Virus record (IMG/VR): IMGVR_UViG_3300028602_000005
Span: 178,137-242,136 of that record
Source of the DNA: a virus
Lineage: Duplodnaviria; Heunggongvirae; Uroviricota; Caudoviricetes
Direction: 5' to 3' (one strand)
DNA length: 64,000 nt
Under the pieces are notes generated by a model. That model worked only from the letters and a program-made list of their open reading frames with translations, had not been told where the DNA came from and made no database searches. Position 1 is the stretch's first letter, and every line of letters begins with the position of its first letter. Positions 56,561 to 64,000 of this stretch are shown here, piece after piece. The translations under genes and the position numbers were made by a program.

Positions 56561-56803
56561 CTATTGTTGCGGTGTTATTTTAAATTCTTTTACTTCAATT
56601 TTAAATAACTTTGCAACAGAAAAGAGAATTTCATCATCAGCCTCTTTTCTTAAAAAATCTTCTAATTTTCTTCTCATTTTTTTCTTATCATTAATTATTG
56701 CTATGTCTAAAATTAAGGATAATGCATCTAATTTTTCTTCATTAATTTCTTTTCTTAAAAACTCTTCACATCTTCTCCTTAGCTTTTGGAAATTAGTTAT
56801 CAA
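56561..56803 (-). CDS. Small early protein with an internal repeat
   Basis: KLRRRCEEFLRKE / KMRRKLEDFLRKE; GGAGG RBS and early motif upstream. Confidence 0.65.
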   Translation of the reverse strand: MITNFQKLRRRCEEFLRKEINEEKLDALSLILDIAIINDKKKMRRKLEDFLRKEADDEILFSVAKLFKIEVKEFKITPQQ

Positions 56804-56857
56804 ACTTAAAATCCATACCTCCTTCCAAAATAAAAATATTTAAAAACTACTTCAGTG

Positions 56858-56870
56858 ATTAATATATATA
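56858..56870 (-). promoter_or_regulatory. Putative early promoter TATATATATTAAT
   Basis: Recurring motif at the head of the long minus-strand replication/metabolism region. Confidence 0.6.
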
Positions 56871-56904
56871 ACATTTATAATTTAAATGAAATTTAAATTT
56901 TTTA

Positions 56905-57174
56905 CTAATTTTCTATCAAAATAGACACTGGTTTACGATAATTAGCTAAATCTACTTCCAAATCTCTATCTAAAAAATTATTTATGGAATTTGTAATAAC
57001 TTCCTTCGTGCTATTAGGCATATTCATATCATATACATAAAACTGAATTCCGGTCTTTATTTGGAATGTTATTCCATCATGAGTTTGATCTACAGATAAA
57101 AGATCGCTTCTTAAAACTTTAAGAGAAAATTCCGGTCCTCTTCTTCCGTCTTTAATTGTTATTAATTTTGACAT
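56905..57174 (-). CDS. Hypothetical protein
   Basis: Likely start MSKLIT after AAGGA. Confidence 0.65.
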   Translation of the reverse strand: MSKLITIKDGRRGPEFSLKVLRSDLLSVDQTHDGITFQIKTGIQFYVYDMNMPNSTKEVITNSINNFLDRDLEVDLANYRKPVSILIEN

Positions 57175-57175
57175 T

Positions 57176-57787
57176 TTAAGTTTCCTTTCTATTTTCATAA
57201 TAAATAGATAATAATATTCCATTTCTATTTTTTTCTGTTATTTTTTTTAAAAAATCTAAATGATTATCTACATCAAAAAAATCCTTTATCAATTTAGGAT
57301 TTTCAAGTTTACTTAAAGTTTTATCTATATTCTTTGATATATCTAAACTTTTAGCATGATTTAAATAATATTTTGCAACTCTATCAAACATTTTTATATC
57401 TAATTTTGAATCTATTATATTTGACCAAAATATCTTAATAAAATCAAGATTATCAAATTCTAAAAATTTCACAAAATTTAAAATTTCTTCTACCGTTTCC
57501 TCTGAAAATAAATCAAAAGATTTATCAAATTCAAAATCATATACTTCTTTTATTTTTTCTAATAATGATTTACAAAATAGAGCTTTCCATTTAATATCTA
57601 TTTCTTTAAATGATATTAAATAAAATAAATGTTTAAAATCTTCTTCTCCAACATTGTCTATTAAATCTTTCATATGATAAACATTTGTTACTATTTCTAT
57701 TTTTTCATCACTATATTCATCATCATCATATTCGTCTAATGGTGTTAGATCAGAAATTAAATTTTTTAAGTTATTGTCATTATTCAT
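57176..57787 (-). CDS. Hypothetical protein
   Basis: 203 aa, acidic N-terminus. Confidence 0.7.
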   Translation of the reverse strand: MNNDNNLKNLISDLTPLDEYDDDEYSDEKIEIVTNVYHMKDLIDNVGEEDFKHLFYLISFKEIDIKWKALFCKSLLEKIKEVYDFEFDKSFDLFSEETVEEILNFVKFLEFDNLDFIKIFWSNIIDSKLDIKMFDRVAKYYLNHAKSLDISKNIDKTLSKLENPKLIKDFFDVDNHLDFLKKITEKNRNGILLSIYYENRKET

Positions 57788-57869
57788 TTTTATTTCCTTA
57801 ATAAAAAAATTTTAAATAAAAATATATTACCAAATATTAATATGTATACTTTCTAACTTAATACTGAAA

Positions 57870-60800
57870 TTATCCTCTTTCAAGCATTAGAGCAATAAAA
57901 TATGAATTTAATAAATCTCTAACTGGAGATGTTTTTGGAACTTTAAAATCAGCATTTCCTGACTGAATTATTTCTGAAATTATTTCATTTTTAGTTCCTG
58001 CATCATCACTCAACGGTCCCAACATTTCAGAAAGAAAATTTATACAATTATATGATATTAATGAATATGTATCAGCTTCCCCTAATCTCTGACCACCATC
58101 TTGTCTTTTTCCAGCAGTTGGTTGACCAGTTTTCATTTTTAATGGACCAGTAGATCTTGAATGGATCTTAAGCTCTCCTAAATGCTCCAATTTTGAAATA
58201 TACATATACCCAACTGGAACTTCATTTGCCGTTTTAACTCCAAATTCTGGAAGATATAAATTATAACCAGATTTAAGTCCTAAAATTTTCATAACTTGAA
58301 TTATCTGCTTATGATTTGGAGCTTTAAAGGGCGTAATAATAAGAGGAAAAAATTCATTTTCTTTTACTTGATTATAAAATTTATCAAATTCGGATTTTGG
58401 TAATTTTTCTAAATTAGATAGAAATGTTGTACTAAATTGTTTTTTAGGACTATTATCTAAAATAGGTAATGTTCTTTTTAAAATATCTATTATTTTATTT
58501 TTATCTTTTGCTTTTAAAATTCTTATTCCTAAATCCTTTGATATTAATCCTGCGTATAATTCATATAACTGACCAGCATTCATTCTACCAATTAAACCTA
58601 TAGGATTTAATAGAACATCTATTCTATCTCCCCAAGGAGTTCTAGGCATATTCATATCGTCTTCTATTAATGATACAATTCCTTTATTCCCATGCCTATT
58701 ACATAATTTATCTCCTTTATTTATTTTTAATTCTTGCTCTAATTTAAATTTTATTAAAATTCCTTCAATTGGCGTTCCTCTTACAGTAAATTTTTCTTGA
58801 TTTTTTGTTCCATATCTTTTTCTAGTTTTTATAATAAGATCTTTTATAAAAGGAAATTTATCATCATCTATATTTGAAAATATTTCAATATCAACTACTT
58901 TTCCTCCAGGACTTTTCATAATCATTTCTTGACCTGATAATTCAAATGTTTCATCTTCTTCTATTCCTAAAAGTTCTTCCAATTCACCAATTGTTTTTCT
59001 TATTAAAGGATCACCTTTTTTTGTAAATGTTCCTATTTCAGATAATGAAATTATTCTATCTTTAACACCAACTAAAATTTCTTCTTCTATTCCATGAAGA
59101 GATGTTAAAGAATCATTTTCTATTAATTTTCTATTTAATACTATTCCATCTTCAAAATTATATCCTTTATATGGCATGAAAGCAACACATAATGTTCTTC
59201 CAAGAGAAATTTCACCACTATTTATACAACTTCCTTCCGCTATTATATCACCCTTTTTAACATTTTGTCCTATTTCAACTATTGGTTTAAAAACACTTAA
59301 TGTATCTTTACCAACTCCAGATTTTAAATGTACTGGATTTAATGCTGAAATATGTTCTCTTCCATCTTCTTTACATATTATTCTTATTACTTCATCTGAA
59401 ACAAAATCAACTTTACCGTTACATGGTGATTTTTTTACAAAATTATCAGATAAAATGCTTGTTAAAATAGATTCATAACCAGATTTAACTATAGGAGATT
59501 TTGGATTTTTTAAAGGCAACATCTGTCTTGCTTGATTTACCGCCATAATAACTCTTGCTCCGTCATCATTTTCAATAAATGGAATCATTGATGAAGAAGT
59601 TGATAAAATACCAGAACCGTCTTCATTTGATATTTCCTTTTGCCTAAAAATACCTCTCGCATTTGTTATTAAAGCGTCCATAGCTAATTGTTGTGTTATA
59701 CCTATACTGCCTCCTTCTGGTGTATCCAAAGGATCAATATTTCCAAAATATGTAGGATGAACATTTCTTGCTTTTGTTTGAATAGCTTGTTTGTCAGGAA
59801 TACCACCTAAGTTTTTTCCAACTGGCGCAACTCTTGTCATAGTTGCCATTTCTTCAATAGGATTTGCGTATTCCATATTTGTTACTATTTCTGAATTTAA
59901 AAATTGACTTAAAACTTTAGTTTGACTTATTTCAAATTTGGCATTTTTATTTCCAGATAATATCTGCTCTCTATAAACAGTATAAGCCGCAAGTACTTGT
60001 TTTTGAATTAAATGGACAATTACTTCAGATCCTCTAATTCTTTGATTAGTTAAATCATTTCTATCATCTTCTATTCCTAAAATAACTTTTTCAGACATAT
60101 ACTTAATTATATTTTCAATTTCATATGGAAGTTGTTGATTTATAAGAACTTGTTTTGCGACAGGATCAACAATATTATCCAAATTAGATATAATTCTATA
60201 TGTTGAATTTGTTTTCCCTGTCATTGCTAGAATTAAATCACTAAAATATTCTTTTGTTCCGAAAGGTTTAGTAACTTTAAAAGAATATATTTTTTCTCTT
60301 ACAAAAGACTTAACTATTTGTCTTTTTAATTCCGTATCTACTTTTTCGAATATTATATATTGACTATCATTTATTTTACAAGAAATATCTGGATCACCTT
60401 TTTTATCTGATATTGTATATGTAATTCCATAACTTTTCAATACTGAATCAAAACCAAAACTATATCCCATAAAAACTAAAAATGGTAATTTATATCCCAT
60501 GAATATTTGCAAATATTTTTCTCTTCTTAAAATTTTACTATAAACATAGAATTTAGAATAAGAACTTTCAAATCGAGCTTCATATTTTTTTGGAAAAGAA
60601 ATTGGACATAAAATTATTTGATTTATAAGACATTTTCTATTACCATTTAATCTAAATGTTCCGAAATTTGGATCTATTTCTGGTATATCTATATTTATTA
60701 AATGTTTATTTCCAAAAGAATCTACTAAAACTACTCTAACAACACTAATATCTGATTTATCTAATTCACCAGGTTTTTTTCTTTTCGGCACTATTAAAAT

Positions 60801-61985
60801 ACTTTCAGTTTTTATAGAAACTTCTTTAGATTCCAATACCTTAAATGAATTATTTATATCATTTTTTAAATTTATTTCAAAATCTATTTGTCTTTTTTGA
60901 AATAAATGATATGGTGTTTTTTCATCAACAGCTTTAGAAAGATTTGTACTATAAACAACAACATTATTAGAAGTAATTTTAGGTTTTGATTTAACTAAAA
61001 GTTGATCCGCAAAAGTTTTTTCTATTGCTTTTAAAATAGAATCTGTATTTGCTTTTAGTCCCACTTTTTCACTTTTTTTAACTATTTTATCAATGGTTTT
61101 TTCAGATTTCTTTAAATCACCACTATTTCTATATAAAATAGATTTTGAAACTAATTTATTTGCCTCATCTTTTTCTATTTTATTATCATCTATTATTTTT
61201 CCAGTAGAATCTGGTTTATTATTTAAATATGTTGTAACTATATCTTTTACTTTTTCTTTATTTTCTGGTGAAACATTAACATCAACTTTTTTTAATATAA
61301 TATCAGAGGCTTTTTCAACATCTTGATCATTAATATCTGAAGTATCTATTTTTAAATTTCTTAAATATGTAGCTAATTTATCTATTTTATAATTTCTATT
61401 TTTTATTAATAATCTAAATTTAGTATGATCATTGTAAATCATAGCTAATAAAAGATGATCAAAATTTAAATCCCCATCCTTTAATTTCATCAATAATGGA
61501 AATATTTTTCTATTCGCAAAAGAAGGTAATGGTTTTGACATATCAACTGAATAAATAAGAATTTTTTCATAATTTTTATTATTTGAAAATACATTATATA
61601 ATGTATCCATTATTAAAGTACCTTCTCTTGTTCTATAACTGTTAGGTTTAAATTGAAGATCAACAGCAGAAACATAATTGGTTATATCATATATAACATT
61701 TCTATTTTGAGGAACAGGCATATTTGATTGATATGGTCTTAACTTAAAACTTTTAAGTTTTTTCATTAAATCTGGCGTTAATTTAGTTCGTGGAAATTTA
61801 GTATATGGAATAACAGCCAATTTTAAATCTATAAGTCTAAAATTTAATTTAGGATAATCTGTTATAAAATCAGAGTTTTCAGAAAAATAATTTATAAGAT
61901 ATGGATTTTCTCCTGGCTTTGGTTGATTAAAAATAATTTCTGATACTACCTGAGTATATTGTCTTATTAGTTCAAATTTAAACAT
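57870..61985 (-). CDS. rpoB: Multisubunit RNA polymerase beta-like subunit (RNAP-2) with an N-terminal extension
   Basis: RNVHPTYFG.IDP.DTPEG..IG, IPFIE.DD..R..M..NQ.RQ, GYNFEDG, GDKLCNRHGNKG, LNP.G...RMN.GQ, KL.H....K.HSRS, GGQRLGE. Confidence 0.94.
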   Translation of the reverse strand: MFKFELIRQYTQVVSEIIFNQPKPGENPYLINYFSENSDFITDYPKLNFRLIDLKLAVIPYTKFPRTKLTPDLMKKLKSFKLRPYQSNMPVPQNRNVIYDITNYVSAVDLQFKPNSYRTREGTLIMDTLYNVFSNNKNYEKILIYSVDMSKPLPSFANRKIFPLLMKLKDGDLNFDHLLLAMIYNDHTKFRLLIKNRNYKIDKLATYLRNLKIDTSDINDQDVEKASDIILKKVDVNVSPENKEKVKDIVTTYLNNKPDSTGKIIDDNKIEKDEANKLVSKSILYRNSGDLKKSEKTIDKIVKKSEKVGLKANTDSILKAIEKTFADQLLVKSKPKITSNNVVVYSTNLSKAVDEKTPYHLFQKRQIDFEINLKNDINNSFKVLESKEVSIKTESILIVPKRKKPGELDKSDISVVRVVLVDSFGNKHLINIDIPEIDPNFGTFRLNGNRKCLINQIILCPISFPKKYEARFESSYSKFYVYSKILRREKYLQIFMGYKLPFLVFMGYSFGFDSVLKSYGITYTISDKKGDPDISCKINDSQYIIFEKVDTELKRQIVKSFVREKIYSFKVTKPFGTKEYFSDLILAMTGKTNSTYRIISNLDNIVDPVAKQVLINQQLPYEIENIIKYMSEKVILGIEDDRNDLTNQRIRGSEVIVHLIQKQVLAAYTVYREQILSGNKNAKFEISQTKVLSQFLNSEIVTNMEYANPIEEMATMTRVAPVGKNLGGIPDKQAIQTKARNVHPTYFGNIDPLDTPEGGSIGITQQLAMDALITNARGIFRQKEISNEDGSGILSTSSSMIPFIENDDGARVIMAVNQARQMLPLKNPKSPIVKSGYESILTSILSDNFVKKSPCNGKVDFVSDEVIRIICKEDGREHISALNPVHLKSGVGKDTLSVFKPIVEIGQNVKKGDIIAEGSCINSGEISLGRTLCVAFMPYKGYNFEDGIVLNRKLIENDSLTSLHGIEEEILVGVKDRIISLSEIGTFTKKGDPLIRKTIGELEELLGIEEDETFELSGQEMIMKSPGGKVVDIEIFSNIDDDKFPFIKDLIIKTRKRYGTKNQEKFTVRGTPIEGILIKFKLEQELKINKGDKLCNRHGNKGIVSLIEDDMNMPRTPWGDRIDVLLNPIGLIGRMNAGQLYELYAGLISKDLGIRILKAKDKNKIIDILKRTLPILDNSPKKQFSTTFLSNLEKLPKSEFDKFYNQVKENEFFPLIITPFKAPNHKQIIQVMKILGLKSGYNLYLPEFGVKTANEVPVGYMYISKLEHLGELKIHSRSTGPLKMKTGQPTAGKRQDGGQRLGEADTYSLISYNCINFLSEMLGPLSDDAGTKNEIISEIIQSGNADFKVPKTSPVRDLLNSYFIALMLERG

Positions 61986-61988
61986 ATT

Positions 61989-62681
61989 TTAAAATTCCTC
62001 TTTTTCTTCTACTAGAGTTCCTGTTAAAACTTTTTCTAGAATAGATGGTGGTAAATTTGTTTCATTTATTAATCCAGTATTTAAAGCTTTTCCTACATTT
62101 TCAAAAGCAAGACCCTGTAAAAATCCTGTATTAAAAACACTAGTTTTTATATTCATCATAACAGGATCATCAGGATTTTTACTTAATCTGGCAGGTAACG
62201 CAACATTATCTTTATTTCGTAAACATTGAGATAATAATACTTCTAAATGAACAAGATCCATATCACTAGCAATGGGACCATAAACTTTAAATAATTTTAA
62301 TAATAAATGAGATGTATCCTTATAAACTCCTCTTCCACCAAGCAATCTTTTAACATATAAAACCTGTTCTTTCATTTCTTGTTTTGCCAAAGATACATTT
62401 AAAATTGAATCATCTTTTTCATAATATAATATTATTTTTTCCTTTTTTATTTTTTCCATTTGATAAATATTTACTTCAACTGGATAATCTAAAATTAAAT
62501 TAAACATAATATCATCAAATTCTATTTGTGAAATTAAACCATTTACCCATATAAATTCTTCAGAAATATTTATATTATCTCCTACATTATAATCTCTTTT
62601 TAATTCTATTGTCAATTTACACGGTTTCAAGCATATTAAAGAATTTTCAACTTGATTTAAATAATTTGTAATTTTACTCAC
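61989..62681 (-). CDS. RNAP-2 beta'-like C-terminal fragment
   Basis: VHLEVLLSQ and GFLQGLAFEN..K.L match the beta' C-terminus (cf. VHIECIVAQ and GFGFSN.KK in RNAP-1). Confidence 0.75.
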   Translation of the reverse strand: MSKITNYLNQVENSLICLKPCKLTIELKRDYNVGDNINISEEFIWVNGLISQIEFDDIMFNLILDYPVEVNIYQMEKIKKEKIILYYEKDDSILNVSLAKQEMKEQVLYVKRLLGGRGVYKDTSHLLLKLFKVYGPIASDMDLVHLEVLLSQCLRNKDNVALPARLSKNPDDPVMMNIKTSVFNTGFLQGLAFENVGKALNTGLINETNLPPSILEKVLTGTLVEEKEEF

Positions 62682-63561
62682 TATTATGTTCCTTATTTTT
62701 TATAGAAAATTTTAAGCTTCCACAATCCCATATTTTAAGATACTTTTTTTTTATTTCATCACTTTCATTTAAATTCATAAAATCTTTACCAATACCAACT
62801 GAAAATCGATATCTCATTCTAGTTTCACTAATATACCAAAAATTAGGATTAGTTATTTTACATGAATCAAAACATTCATCATTAAAAGATTTCAAAAAAT
62901 CCCATCTTCTATCTACATAATAAATTATTTCTTCCCATAAATATTTTTTTTTAAAATAACCTAAAATATTTTCAAAAATACCTGGAATTATATAATTAAA
63001 GTCTATAGAAAATCTACTTATCTTCCATTGATGTTTTAATTTATTTAAATAATTAAATGTCATTACAGCAACTAATTTATTCTTATAAAATACTCCAATA
63101 TTTACAAATGAGTAATCTGTTCCTTGAATATTAAATTTTTCTAAAAAATAACTTTTCTTTTTATTTCCTATTTCTATGATTTTACAATTTTTATATTTCA
63201 ACCTAATATATTTATTTTTACTTAAAATTCTTCTTAAATTATTTTTAACTATATTCTTTTTAAAAATCCATTCATCTTCAAAAATCTGAATTAACTTAAT
63301 ATTTTTTTCTAAACAATTATTTAATTTATCTAAATGATTATATTTTTTAATCCATTTATTGGAATGCCAATATAAACCATTTAATTCTATTGCTATTTTT
63401 TCTTGTGGTATAAAAATATCTAATTCTTTAGGTGGAATTATATCATATGTATTTCTAATAACTTCACCTTTATAAATCATATTAATAAAATCAAATAATT
63501 CTTCTTCTTGAGAGAATTTTTTATTTTTATCTATATATTCACTATTTTTTTTATCTTTCAT
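62674..63561 (-). mobile_element. Free-standing Hef-like homing endonuclease gene
   Basis: ELDIFIP..KIAIELNGLYWH, K...C...I.LI.IFEDEW, LVAVMTF, YVDRRW, IWDCG. Confidence 0.8.
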
Positions 63562-63570
63562 TATTAATCC

Positions 63571-64000
63571 TTATTTAGTTAATGTTATAAGGGGATCTCC
63601 TTCTAAAACATCATCTATGATATTTCTTACAGATAATGAAACTGCTCCTCCTTTATGAAATGATCTCATAATCAATTGTGTTCCTCTTTCACCAACTTGT
63701 TGTGCTGCTAATATTCCTCCAAATGGAGTTCTATGCTTTTCTAATAATCTTCCATAACATGTGTGACAAAGTTTTGGTGAAATACAATATAATGGAGTTC
63801 TTAATTTTATCATTTGACCTATTTTAGCATTTTTTGGATCAAATTCTTCAATTTTTCCATTTACAATTACAAATCTTCCTATTAATCTTTTTATTAAATC
63901 AGAATCTAATTTAAGTTCCAAATATTTTTTTGTTCCACAATCTATTAAATTAGGATGTATTTCTACTGAATTTAATAAAAAAACAAGCTGTCTTGTTGTA
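63571..64000 (-). CDS. rpoC: RNAP-2 beta'-like subunit, 3' end (continues beyond the window)
   Basis: Frame open to the window edge: TTRQLV...DCGT..., LRTPLYC....CHTCYG, G..AAQ..GE.GTQ..MRSFH.GG. Confidence 0.88.
   Translation of the reverse strand, partial: TTRQLVFLLNSVEIHPNLIDCGTKKYLELKLDSDLIKRLIGRFVIVNGKIEEFDPKNAKIGQMIKLRTPLYCISPKLCHTCYGRLLEKHRTPFGGILAAQQVGERGTQLIMRSFHKGGAVSLSVRNIIDDVLEGDPLITLTK

Noticed and set aside
36-61326. Many plus-strand ORFs in the track (e.g. 36..440, 1614..2126, 30452..30877, 48588..48977, 59176..59478)
   Set aside because: They are antisense shadows of well-supported minus-strand genes: Ser/Phe/Ile/Leu-rich, with no RBS or motifs.
62674-63570. Group I intron or intein in RNAP-2 beta'
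   Set aside because: There are only 9 non-coding nt on one side and an overlap on the other. The ORF has its own RBS and stop, and no intein terminal residues.
1-64000. Genome-wide stop-codon reassignment (TAG=Gln or TGA=Trp/Gly)
   Set aside because: Long conserved genes are intact under code 11. TAG ends genes cleanly (e.g. 9488, 17153, 27321, 38814) and TGA occurs in normal ATGA overlaps. Only the RtcB TGA interrupts a conserved motif.
1-64000. CRISPR array or rRNA
   Set aside because: No regularly spaced direct repeats and no rRNA-like sequence were seen.

Overview
This is a very AT-rich, densely coding segment of a jumbo-type tailed phage genome, almost entirely on the minus strand. It uses the standard code: TAA, TAG and TGA all act as stops. 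From left to right it contains: (1) a late/virion block (partial tape-measure-like gene, T4 gp17-type large terminase and an adjacent degenerate copy of its ATPase domain); (2) small early-type genes; (3) a long minus-strand replication/metabolism region with FolE2, a first multisubunit RNA polymerase (unsplit beta and beta'), a ubiquitin-like conjugation cluster (E2-like, JAB, two ThiF/E1, Ubl), radical SAM, SbcC/SbcD, NadE, RtcB, ten tRNAs plus several non-canonical CCA-ended or hairpin RNAs, an SF2 helicase, QueD, type II topoisomerase A/B, CoaD, MoxR/VWA and an SSB-like protein; (4) a second multisubunit RNA polymerase whose beta' gene is split by a free-standing Hef-like endonuclease. The most notable signals are an RtcB with an in-frame TGA at its catalytic Cys position followed by a SECIS-like hairpin (candidate phage selenoprotein), the ubiquitin-like cluster next to the RNAP genes, two D-arm-less tRNA-like RNAs with CUA-centred loops, and two promoter motifs that may match the two RNAPs. 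All family calls come from motif recognition by eye; no database search was run.
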